Below the pieces are notes generated by a model that was not told the origin of the DNA, ran no database searches, and was given only the letters and a program-made list of their open reading frames with translations. From an uncultured Candidatus Saccharibacteria bacterium (lineage in GTDB: Bacteria; Patescibacteriota; Doudnabacteria; UBA920): 64,000 bases of DNA. Made by a program: the position numbers and the translations under genes. Location of the stretch: contig CAYJQY010000002.1 of assembly GCA_964372905.1 (NCBI GenBank), forward strand, positions 38,796-102,795. Reading direction: 5' to 3'. Below, piece after piece: positions 54,742 to 63,342 of the stretch. Each line of letters opens with the position of its first letter. The first letter of the stretch is position 1.

Positions 54742-55866
54742 ATGCATCACATGACAAAATTTGCAAAAATTTTCTTGGTTTTGATAATTTTCGCCGTCGT
54801 CGTGGGCTTAGTCTATAAGAATTCTCAAAAACAGAATTTGTCAAACAAAAACCCCACTCTAAAAATTGGCGGGATAATATTTTTGACTGGGCCTTATAGC
54901 GCACAAGGGGAGGAAATTAACCGCGGAGCTTTAATTGCAGTGGAAGAGGCTAAGCAAGCTGACATGGATGTGGAATATATACCTGAAGACGACGCATTTA
55001 CTAATACTGGAATGGTTAATGCAGCAAATAAGGTTTTGAAGCTCGACAGAGTAGACGCTGCTTTTGTGCCCACAGTAACTGAAGTTAAACCGATTTATTC
55101 ACTTTTCAATGCTGCAAAAATACCTCTGCTCGCGGTTTGGGACAGCAATAATCTCATTAAGGGCGCGGGAGATTATGTCTTTACTATTGGGTTCAACACT
55201 GAAGTCAACGCAGAGAAGATAGCCAATTATGCCTATGACAATTTGAAGGTCAGAAGAATTGCGGTCATCTCACAAATTGAAGATTGGTCGGAAATTATTT
55301 CCAGCACATTTGTTGACAAATTTAGTCAGCGAGGAGGACAAGCCGTACTTAGAGAAAAATTTCAATTGGAACAGAACGATTTTAGGACAGTTATAACCAA
55401 GGCGAAAAATTTAGGGGTGGATGCCGTCTACTTTCCTTTAAATGCTCCGGCAAACGGGCAATTTTTAAAGCAGGCCGACCAACTGGGCTTAAAAACCACT
55501 TTTTTGACCGGAGACGGCTTCATTGAAGAAGAAATCCAAGTTGCGGGTATGGCAGCAGAAAATGTTTATTTGACCCACCAGCAAAATGACAATATCGGAC
55601 CCTTAGTTGAAAAATATAGAGCAAGATACGGCAAAGATCCTTACGCCGAGGGTTTTGTAGCTTTCGGATATGATGCCATTAATACCTTGGTTGCGGCAAA
55701 AAAGATTGCTCTGCAAAAGAACATTAATCTGCGAGATGCGTTGACCCAAGTGGATATTCAAGGAGCCGGTAGTCACATTAATATGAAGGGAAATAGGTAT
55801 TCTGACCGAGTAGAAAAAATTAATCAGATAGTTAATGGTAAATATCAGCTTATTGAAAGACCATGA
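54742..55866 (+). CDS. Second ABC transporter substrate-binding protein (Peripla_BP_6 family)
   Basis: N-terminal anchor FAKIFLVLIIFAVVVGLVY, then KIGGIIFLTGPYSAQGEE. A paralogue of livK embedded in the same operon. Confidence 0.7.
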   Translation: MHHMTKFAKIFLVLIIFAVVVGLVYKNSQKQNLSNKNPTLKIGGIIFLTGPYSAQGEEINRGALIAVEEAKQADMDVEYIPEDDAFTNTGMVNAANKVLKLDRVDAAFVPTVTEVKPIYSLFNAAKIPLLAVWDSNNLIKGAGDYVFTIGFNTEVNAEKIANYAYDNLKVRRIAVISQIEDWSEIISSTFVDKFSQRGGQAVLREKFQLEQNDFRTVITKAKNLGVDAVYFPLNAPANGQFLKQADQLGLKTTFLTGDGFIEEEIQVAGMAAENVYLTHQQNDNIGPLVEKYRARYGKDPYAEGFVAFGYDAINTLVAAKKIALQKNINLRDALTQVDIQGAGSHINMKGNRYSDRVEKINQIVNGKYQLIERP

Positions 55867-56594
55867 AAATTCTGGAAACAAAAAACCTGATAAAAAAATT
55901 TGACGGCGTTCACGCCGTGAATCATCTTTCTCTTAGCTTCGAGCAGGGAAAAATTACGGCCATTGTCGGCCCTAACGGCAGCGGAAAAACCACGCTCACC
56001 AACGTGTTGTCCGGGGTTCTGCCCATAGACGGCGGCGCAGTTGTAATCCAAGGCGTTCACTTATCTAAAATTGTCCTGCATCAGGCGTCCGCTTACGGCC
56101 TGACGCGGACGTTCCAAGAAGTGCGGCTGTTCAACCAAATGACCGTGCTCGATAATATTCTGGTGGTGTTGACCGCGCGCAACGTTTTGGCTGCGCTGTT
56201 TGAGCCCAGCAAGCCCTTATATCATCAGCAAGCCGAAATCGTTCTCAAGCGCGTGGGCTTGTGGGACAAGCGCCGCGCTCTGGCCGGCAATCTCTCTTAC
56301 GGCCAGCGCAAGCTGTTGGAAATTGCGCGGGCCGTGGCCATGGACGCGGAAATTTATTTGTTCGATGAACCGTTCGCCGGTCTGTTTCCCGAAATGGTCA
56401 AGCAGATGGTGGAAATTTTGCAGCGGCTCAAGCTGTTGGGCAAGACCGTTATTTTGATCGAACATAATATGGATCTCATCCGTAAACTTTCCGATTATGT
56501 TTTTGTGATGGACAGCGGCCAGCTTTTGGCCGAAGGCCGGCCCGGCGAGGTGCTGGCGCGCAAGGAAGTTATTGAAGCGTATTTGGGGGAATAG
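55863..56594 (+). CDS. livG: Branched-chain amino acid ABC transporter ATP-binding protein LivG
   Basis: Walker A GPNGSGKTT, signature LSYGQRKLLEIARA and Walker B IYLFDEP. The start overlaps the previous stop (ATGA). Confidence 0.85.
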   Translation: MKILETKNLIKKFDGVHAVNHLSLSFEQGKITAIVGPNGSGKTTLTNVLSGVLPIDGGAVVIQGVHLSKIVLHQASAYGLTRTFQEVRLFNQMTVLDNILVVLTARNVLAALFEPSKPLYHQQAEIVLKRVGLWDKRRALAGNLSYGQRKLLEIARAVAMDAEIYLFDEPFAGLFPEMVKQMVEILQRLKLLGKTVILIEHNMDLIRKLSDYVFVMDSGQLLAEGRPGEVLARKEVIEAYLGE

Positions 56595-56678
56595 ATTAAA
56601 TAGAGCTAATTGGTACAATCAAAAAAATAAAAAAATTTTTCTGCAAAAAATCAATCATCAGATCTAGTCCAAATTTTT

Positions 56679-57413
56679 ATGACAACTTCCCCGGACCAAA
56701 AAATTGTGCAGTTGAACAATATTTCCGTGCATTACGACGGCGTCAAAGCAGTTGATGATGTGACGCTGGCGCTGGCTCGCGGCGAGGTCGTGGCTCTCAT
56801 GGGCCCTAATGGCGCCGGAAAGTCCACGATCTTAAAAGCCATTTTTGGCCTGACGCCCATTGACCGCGGCCAAATTTTCTTGCATGGCCAGCTAGTTACG
56901 CCGGTGCCGCACCAAGTCGTGCAGCAGGGCGTGTCGTTCGTGCCGCAGGGCCGCCGCGTGTTCACGCATCTGACTATTGATGAAAATCTGGATATGGGGG
57001 GCTTTGCGGTCAAAGATAAGCGCGCGCTGGCCCAGGCCAAACGCGAGATGCTGGAATTGTTTCCTGATTTGAAGCAAAAGCGCCGCGCCAAATCCGGAAC
57101 CTTGTCCGGCGGCCAGCAGCAAATGCTGGCTTTGGCGCGCGGCCTCATGACCCGGCCGCAAGTGCTGCTGCTCGATGAGCCGTCTTTAGGACTGGCGCCG
57201 AAAATCGTTAAAGAAATTTTTGTTAAGATTAGGGAGATCAATGAAATGTACGGCACAGCTATGATTATTGTCGAGCATAACATCAAATCGCTGCTGGAAA
57301 TTGTCAGCCGCGCCTACGTGCTCGACAAAGGAAAAATTCTCGCCGAAGGCGATGCCCAGAAGCTCAGCCACAGCGAAATCCTGGAAAAAATCTTCCTCGG
57401 AAAATTGGAATGA
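56679..57413 (+). CDS. livF: Branched-chain amino acid ABC transporter ATP-binding protein LivF
   Basis: Walker A GPNGAGKST, LSGGQQQMLALARGL, LLLDEPSLGLAP and a LivF-type C-terminus. Confidence 0.85.
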   Translation: MTTSPDQKIVQLNNISVHYDGVKAVDDVTLALARGEVVALMGPNGAGKSTILKAIFGLTPIDRGQIFLHGQLVTPVPHQVVQQGVSFVPQGRRVFTHLTIDENLDMGGFAVKDKRALAQAKREMLELFPDLKQKRRAKSGTLSGGQQQMLALARGLMTRPQVLLLDEPSLGLAPKIVKEIFVKIREINEMYGTAMIIVEHNIKSLLEIVSRAYVLDKGKILAEGDAQKLSHSEILEKIFLGKLE

Positions 57414-57514
57414 AGTTTTCCTAATACAATTATTGCTGCGCTTGTTCCATTCCCGCTGCGTGCGCTATAATAGATAAGTTAGCGCGTTTTTAGCTTTTGA
57501 TACCAACATCAAGC

Positions 57515-58273
57515 ATGTCAATTGACGGGATCGAACGAAAATATAAAATTATTGTAAAGACCATAAATTCTCACGCCCAGCGGCATCTGCCCCAGTTGCG
57601 CGCACCTTTGCGCTTGCCCGCGCCTCCCCGCGTGCGCCTGTTCAAGCCCATGCTCGCGGCCACTGTGCTGGTGATTGTGCTCATCGCGTCGTGGAGCGGC
57701 CTAACCGTGATGGCCAATCGTACGTTGTTGAGCGACGGTCGCCCCGATATCGATCTCACCAATTTTCCTGTTCCCGCCTCAAATGAGCTCATCGGCCCCA
57801 TTCCTCTCACTACCAATGAGCCGGACATGCGGGTGGTCGCGGAAACTTTTTTAAAGCTCCTGGCGCAGTATCGGGAAAATCATGTTAGCGTGGATGGCCT
57901 GGCAGAACGGATTGAGCAGTTGCGGCCTTATCTTGCCAGCAAAGGCTCCCCTTTGGCTCAAGACGACCAAGCCCTGCAAGCGCTGGCCTTGGCCAACAAC
58001 ACGCGCATGATCCTGGCCATCTCTTTTGTCGAAAGTAATTTTTGCCGCCGGCACCTTGCTTTTAATTGCAGCGGTATCGGCGGCGCGACTTACTTCCGCC
58101 ATTACAGAGGTTTTCAGAACTGGGTTTTGGATTTTGACCGCCTGCTCGACCGCCGCTACGGCGGACTCGACGTCGAAGAAATGAATTGCTATTACGTCCA
58201 GCCCTGCAACGCCCGCTGGGTCAATGGAGTTTATCAGATCCTGACCGAACTTAAAGCCCGCGGCATAAGTTAA
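57515..58273 (+). CDS. Membrane-anchored hypothetical protein, possibly glucosaminidase-like peptidoglycan hydrolase domain
   Basis: One TM (MLAATVLVIVLIASW). The C-terminal region ILAISFVESNFCRRHLAFNCSGIGG resembles the glucosaminidase/FlgJ-type core. The start is ambiguous (TTG 57497 or ATG 57515). Confidence 0.35.
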   Translation: MSIDGIERKYKIIVKTINSHAQRHLPQLRAPLRLPAPPRVRLFKPMLAATVLVIVLIASWSGLTVMANRTLLSDGRPDIDLTNFPVPASNELIGPIPLTTNEPDMRVVAETFLKLLAQYRENHVSVDGLAERIEQLRPYLASKGSPLAQDDQALQALALANNTRMILAISFVESNFCRRHLAFNCSGIGGATYFRHYRGFQNWVLDFDRLLDRRYGGLDVEEMNCYYVQPCNARWVNGVYQILTELKARGIS

Positions 58274-58344
58274 TCAAGTATTATCTAAAAATCAGCTGCT
58301 CCGTCCATTTGGTTAGGGGTGTTTTAAGTTTGATAGGCTGCAAT

Positions 58345-58403
58345 TTGACAAGCTGACAACATCCGGATTATACTGGTTTTATACACCCCCCACCCCGGGG
58401 TAT
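58345..58403 (+). promoter_or_regulatory. Promoter plus CsoR-type operator palindrome
   Basis: TTGACA-18 nt-TATACT, followed immediately by ATACACCCCCCACCCCGGGGTAT (58381-58403). This is a GC-tract inverted repeat of the type bound by CsoR/RcnR-family repressors. Confidence 0.55.
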
Positions 58404-58448
58404 GAATTTACAGCGATGAAAGAGAGATGAAAGAGAAGTGAAAGAGCG

Positions 58449-58724
58449 ATGAAAATCACCCAAACTCACAAGCAGACCATAATAAATCGCCTCCACTACA
58501 CTGAAGGCCATGTTAGGGCTGTGGCCAAAATGGTGGCAAACGATGCATATTGTATGGATATAATTAACCAAAGCCACGCCGTCATCGAAGCGTTAAAAAA
58601 AATTAATCAGATGATTTTGTCCGGCTATTTGGGCGAGTGCGCCTGGGACGCGGTCAACAGCAAAAATTTCGCCAAGCGCAAAAAAGCCATCCATGAGCTG
58701 GTAACTTTGTATAGTAAAAAATAA
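58449..58724 (+). CDS. CsoR/RcnR-family metal- or thiol-sensing transcriptional repressor
   Basis: 91 aa with DUF156-type helices. The sensing positions are Tyr34-Cys35, Tyr60 (not His) and Cys64. Confidence 0.75.
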   Translation: MKITQTHKQTIINRLHYTEGHVRAVAKMVANDAYCMDIINQSHAVIEALKKINQMILSGYLGECAWDAVNSKNFAKRKKAIHELVTLYSKK

Positions 58725-58771
58725 TTTGTGATGATAGTCGCCGGGCCGGATTGCCGCGCAATTTGAACATT

Positions 58772-59707
58772 ATGAACGATAAAATTTATAATACCATAAT
58801 AATAGGCTCCGGCCCGGCCGGACTGACCGCGGCGCTTTACGCGGCCCGCGCCGAACTGGCGCCTCTAGTAATCGCCGGGCTGACTCCGGGCGGCCAGCTC
58901 ATGCTAACCTCGGACGTGGAAAATTATCCCGGCTTTCCCGAAGGCATTCTGGGGCCCGAGCTCATGGACAAGATGATCAAGCAGATCGAGCGGTTCGGCG
59001 CGGAAATCATCAATGAAAATGTTACGGCCGTGGATTTTTCCCAGCGGCCGTTTTCCGTGCGCACGGACAAAGCCGAATTCAAAACCAAAACCGTGATCAT
59101 CGCCACCGGCGCCGAGGCCAACTGGCTCAATCTGCCCAATGAACAGCGCTTGCGCGGTCACGGCGTATCGGCCTGCGCGAGTTGCGACGGATTTTTTTTC
59201 AAGGGCAAGGCCGTGGTGGTTATCGGCGGGGGAGACAGCGCCATGGAGGAAGCCACGTTCCTCACCAAATTCGCCAAGACGGTTACCATATTGCACCGCC
59301 GCGCCGAATTTCGCGCTTCTAAAATTATGTTAAAGCGCGCCCAGGACAATCCGAAAATTAAGTTTATGACCAATGTGGAGGTAGTGGATGTGCTCGGCCA
59401 GGATTCTGTCGCGGGTGTGCGCATTAAGCACAGTGATACCGGAGCGGAAGAGGAAATTGCGGCGCAGGGATATTTTGCCGCCATCGGCCATACGCCATCC
59501 ACGAAGATTTTTCAAAATTCGGGATTGGAATTAGACCAAAAAGGCTACCTTGTGGTTAAGGCCCATACCCATACCAACATTGAGGGCGTTTTCGTGGCCG
59601 GCGATGTCAACGACCACCGCTACCGCCAGGCCGTAACCGCTGCGGGTATGGGCTGTATGGCTGCCATGGATGCGGAAAAATATCTGACGGAGGGCGAGGC
59701 AAAATAG
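58772..59707 (+). CDS. trxB: Thioredoxin-disulfide reductase
   Basis: FAD site IIIGSGPAGLTAALYAAR, redox-active CASCDG and NADPH site VIGGGDSAMEEA. Start at MNDKIYN. Confidence 0.9.
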   Translation: MNDKIYNTIIIGSGPAGLTAALYAARAELAPLVIAGLTPGGQLMLTSDVENYPGFPEGILGPELMDKMIKQIERFGAEIINENVTAVDFSQRPFSVRTDKAEFKTKTVIIATGAEANWLNLPNEQRLRGHGVSACASCDGFFFKGKAVVVIGGGDSAMEEATFLTKFAKTVTILHRRAEFRASKIMLKRAQDNPKIKFMTNVEVVDVLGQDSVAGVRIKHSDTGAEEEIAAQGYFAAIGHTPSTKIFQNSGLELDQKGYLVVKAHTHTNIEGVFVAGDVNDHRYRQAVTAAGMGCMAAMDAEKYLTEGEAK

Positions 59708-59733
59708 TATGGCGCGGTTATAATATTTAGTCA

Positions 59734-60207
59734 ATGGCAATAATAATTTCCGGGCGCGTTTTGCGCGGCCGGCGGTATGGGGAAAAGTTGGGCTTCCCTA
59801 CAGCCAATCTTGATCGGCGCCAGTTTGCAAGATTAAAAGTCAAACCAAAACTTGGCGTATATGCCGGCGTCGTACAAATTGCACAAATAAAAAATTCTTT
59901 AAAAAAATATAAAACCGGCAGCTATAAAACCGGCAGCTATAAAGCCGGGATTGTTATTGGCCCAATGGACCGCCTCGGCCTGCCAAAACTGGAAGCGCAT
60001 CTCATTGGCTTTAGCGGCAGTCTTTACGGGCGCCATTTAACCATTCGGTTAACCAATTACCTCCGGCCGTTTCGGAAATATTCCGGCGAATCGGCCCTCA
60101 AGGCCCAGATCAAGAAAGATATAAGCAAAGTTAAAAGACTTGTTGTTTTGACTCGGCGATTAACATCTTCTTTAAAAATGAGCCGGGAAGCCGCAATAAA
60201 TAATTAA
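59734..60207 (+). CDS. Riboflavin kinase domain protein (monofunctional RibF C-terminal-domain-like) with tandem KTGSY insert
   Basis: GRVLRGRRYGEKLGFPTANL, GVYAGVV, EAHLIGFSGSLYGRHLTIRL. An in-frame tandem 15-bp DNA repeat at 59912-59941 encodes KTGSYKTGSYKAG. Confidence 0.6.
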   Translation: MAIIISGRVLRGRRYGEKLGFPTANLDRRQFARLKVKPKLGVYAGVVQIAQIKNSLKKYKTGSYKTGSYKAGIVIGPMDRLGLPKLEAHLIGFSGSLYGRHLTIRLTNYLRPFRKYSGESALKAQIKKDISKVKRLVVLTRRLTSSLKMSREAAINN

Positions 60208-60228
60208 TTAGAAAATTATAAAGAAAAT

Positions 60229-61158
60229 ATGAAGCTACAAAAATACGGCACCTATCTCATTTTTCTCGCGGCCATGCTCTGGGCCACGGACGCGCCATTC
60301 CGGGTACATCTTACCCAGAATCTACCCAGTAGCCTTATCGTTCTCATAGAACATTTCATAGATGTTTTGTTTATCATTCCTTTTGCCGGCCTTATCATTC
60401 GCGATGCCAAAAAGCTTTCCGGTAAGGGCTGGCTGGCCGTTTTAGTTATTGCGGTCGGCGGCTCCGCTTTGGCCAGTTTTGCCTTCACCAAAGCGTTTAC
60501 ATTTGTAAATCCATCAATTGCGATTTTACTGCAAAAACTTCAGCCTCTGATTGCCATTTCGTTGGCCGCGGGCCTACTCAAAGAGCGGTTCAACAAAAAT
60601 TTTTGGCTCTGGACTACGGTGGCTTTGTTCGGAGCCTATTTGATTTCCTTTTCCGGTTTGGCGCCGCGCTTATTCATCGGCGAGCAGTTTAATCCTAATG
60701 TTGTTGGCGTTGGGCTCGCGCTACTCGCCGCCGTATTCTGGGGCGCGTCCACGGTCATGGGCAAACTGGCCTTGCGCGAAGTCGGTTTTAAGGCCATGAC
60801 CGGCTTGCGCTTCGGCCTGGCTTTCATCTTTTTATTAATCTGGAACGCGTCCAGCGGCACCTTGGGCCGCATCACTTCAATTAGTTCTAAAGATTTGCTG
60901 TTCTTGTTGATCATTGCCGTAACCTCGGGCGTGGTGTCGCTGTTCATCTACTATAAAGGATTGCAGTACACCAAAGCCTCCGTGGCTACGCTGGCCGAAT
61001 TGGGTTTTCCGCTGGCCGCCGTGGTCGTGAACTATTTCTTTCTTGATGCCGTTTTGACCCCCATTCAACTGGCCGGCATGGCCATTTTGCTCTTTTCAAT
61101 TTTTCAATTAAATCGCGTCAACAGCCGGGAAATAGCCCCGGCCCCAGCATCACCATAA
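60229..61158 (+). CDS. EamA/DMT-family transporter
   Basis: 10 TM helices in two EamA-like halves. 309 aa. Confidence 0.75.
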   Translation: MKLQKYGTYLIFLAAMLWATDAPFRVHLTQNLPSSLIVLIEHFIDVLFIIPFAGLIIRDAKKLSGKGWLAVLVIAVGGSALASFAFTKAFTFVNPSIAILLQKLQPLIAISLAAGLLKERFNKNFWLWTTVALFGAYLISFSGLAPRLFIGEQFNPNVVGVGLALLAAVFWGASTVMGKLALREVGFKAMTGLRFGLAFIFLLIWNASSGTLGRITSISSKDLLFLLIIAVTSGVVSLFIYYKGLQYTKASVATLAELGFPLAAVVVNYFFLDAVLTPIQLAGMAILLFSIFQLNRVNSREIAPAPASP

Positions 61159-61176
61159 ATAATTTAACAAAAATTT

Positions 61177-62460
61177 ATGGTAATCAATCCATTTGAAACA
61201 GCCAAGCACCAGCTTGATGAGGCGGCCAAAGCCGCTAAGCTCGATCCGGATATGGTCGAGCGGCTCAAAAACCCGGACCGCTACGTGGAGGTCAACATCC
61301 CGGTCATCATGGATAATGGTGAGCAGAAAATTTTTACCGGGTTCCGCAGCCAGCACAACAACGCGCGCGGGCCGTACAAAGGCGGCATCCGTTATCACCA
61401 GCAGGTCAGTTTGGACGAAGTGCGCGCTCTTTCGTTTTGGATGACGTTCAAAAACGCCGTGGTTGATGTGCCGTTTGGGGGCAGCAAGGGCGGGATCATT
61501 TTTAATCCCAAGGAAGTTTCGGAAGGCGAACTGGAAAAAATTTCCCGCGGCTATGTTCAAAAATTGTATCGGCTGTTCGGTCCGGAATTTGACGTGCCCG
61601 CGCCAGATGTGAACACTGGCGGCCGGATCATGTCCTGGATGCTGGATGAATATGAAAAGTTGATTGGCGCCAAAGCGCCGGCGACTTTTACCGGCAAGCC
61701 GGTGGACAACGGCGGCAGCGAGGGCCGCACCGAAGCCACGGGTTTTGGCGGCGCTTACGTTTTGCGCGAAGTCCTGAAAGATAAAATTGTTGACATTGCA
61801 GACGACCGGGCTGGCACAACAGGCAATTCCGACGGCACAGGCCATGGAAATCCTGCCCCCACCGTGGCCATCCAGGGCTTCGGCAACGTCGCCACCTATT
61901 TTGCCCAGTCCGCAAGCGATTTAGGATTGAAAATCGTGGCCATGTCCGACAGCAAAGGCGGCATTTATAATTCTGAAGGTTTAGACATTCCTAAACTCAA
62001 GGAGCATAAAAAATCCACGGGTGCGCTCAAAGATTTTCCCGGCGCAAAAAACATCTCCAATGAAGAATTATTGAAGCTCGATGTTCACATTTTGGTTCCG
62101 GCCGCGCTCGAAAATGTGCTTACCGGCGATAACGCAGACAAAATCAAAGCCCAACTCATTGTTGAAATGGCCAATGGCCCCACCAGCACAGAAGCCGACG
62201 AAATCTTTGCCAAAAAGCGGATTGTGGTTGTCCCGGATATTCTCGCTAATAGCGGCGGCGTCTGTACCAGCTATTTTGAATGGTACCAGAATATGCACAA
62301 TGAGCACTGGTCTAAGGGCGATGTGCTCAAAAAACTCGATGCGCAAATGGTGCGCGCTTGGCAGGGCGTGCGCGACATGCAAAAAAAATATAACACCACG
62401 TTCCGCAACGCAGCGTATATTGTGGCCGCCGAGCGCATTATTGCGGCGATGAAGGAGTAG
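61177..62460 (+). CDS. gdhA: Glutamate dehydrogenase (NAD(P)-dependent)
   Basis: Catalytic KGGIRYH and GGSKGGI, plus a Rossmann GFGNVATYFA. 427 aa. Confidence 0.9.
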   Translation: MVINPFETAKHQLDEAAKAAKLDPDMVERLKNPDRYVEVNIPVIMDNGEQKIFTGFRSQHNNARGPYKGGIRYHQQVSLDEVRALSFWMTFKNAVVDVPFGGSKGGIIFNPKEVSEGELEKISRGYVQKLYRLFGPEFDVPAPDVNTGGRIMSWMLDEYEKLIGAKAPATFTGKPVDNGGSEGRTEATGFGGAYVLREVLKDKIVDIADDRAGTTGNSDGTGHGNPAPTVAIQGFGNVATYFAQSASDLGLKIVAMSDSKGGIYNSEGLDIPKLKEHKKSTGALKDFPGAKNISNEELLKLDVHILVPAALENVLTGDNADKIKAQLIVEMANGPTSTEADEIFAKKRIVVVPDILANSGGVCTSYFEWYQNMHNEHWSKGDVLKKLDAQMVRAWQGVRDMQKKYNTTFRNAAYIVAAERIIAAMKE

Positions 62461-63202
62461 CAGGGCACAAATCCCAAATTAGTTTAAACCAGGTCCGGTA
62501 AGTTTCGGCCAGTTCTGGGTTGATCATGACGAAAATCGTGCCGTCATCGCCAAAATTGCCGACGTCAACGCTGGTGAAAGTCACCACGTAGTCGCCAAAA
62601 ATATCAGTCACGCCGGGTGTGGAATATTTTTTCGGTAAAATTTTATACTCGCCGCCGACATTCTTAAACGCTTGCGGCAGGCGCTCCTTGACCCGGTAAT
62701 CGTAAAGCGTATAGTAGCGGTGTTTTTTTTGCTTCATGGCGGCCTGAAAATCATTGAGATACTGCTTCTCGACCCACGGGGTAAACCACAAGCCTTTGGC
62801 GCCGAGAAAGTAGGTGTCCTCGGCTACGCGGGCCATGTCTCGCAAATAATTTTTGTAGCCTTCCTTTCCTTTATAGATGTAAGCCGCCTCTTCCAAGGGT
62901 TTGCGGCTATAGAGCTTGCGCAAATCGGGCATTATGCCCGACAATTTTCGTTCTTTTTCCTGAAGCACTTCGGCCAGCTTGTCGGGGGCGACTGCCCTAA
63001 ATTGGTGTTCGCCCTTTTGGAAAATGCGGAATACCAAACCTTTTTCCACGAGACGATTAAGCGCGTCGTAAACGTTGCGGCGATGAACTTTAGCTTTCAG
63101 CGATATTTCTGCCACGCCGATCTCGCTGCTGGTCAAAAGCGTTTCGTAGATCTTGGCCTCGCTGGGGGACAGGCCGAGGTCTTCAAAAATTTCCCCGTAC
63201 AT
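62438..63202 (-). CDS. TrmB-family transcriptional regulator
   Basis: N-terminal wHTH LGLSPSEAKIYETLL...VAEIS...RRNVYDALNRLVEKGLV. ATG at 63202 is preferred. Its 3' end converges on and overlaps gdhA. Confidence 0.6.
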   Translation of the reverse strand: MYGEIFEDLGLSPSEAKIYETLLTSSEIGVAEISLKAKVHRRNVYDALNRLVEKGLVFRIFQKGEHQFRAVAPDKLAEVLQEKERKLSGIMPDLRKLYSRKPLEEAAYIYKGKEGYKNYLRDMARVAEDTYFLGAKGLWFTPWVEKQYLNDFQAAMKQKKHRYYTLYDYRVKERLPQAFKNVGGEYKILPKKYSTPGVTDIFGDYVVTFTSVDVGNFGDDGTIFVMINPELAETYRTWFKLIWDLCPATPSSPQ

Positions 63203-63342
63203 AAGAGATAATTTGCTTAATAAGTTTAATGGTGATAATAAGCACCATAAGGTGCTATTGGCCACTCACATTTAATATTCTATACTTTCTGGCCTTTCTC
63301 GTCAAGCGGGAGGGCTAAATTTAAAGTCTATAAGGAGGCTGT

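Noticed and set aside
59907-59945. Checked the KTGSY tandem repeat and the 11-bp csoR leader repeat for CRISPR-like structure.
   Set aside because: Only 2-3 contiguous units with no spacers and no cas genes. One is an in-frame repeat within a CDS and the other a leader repeat. Neither is a CRISPR array.
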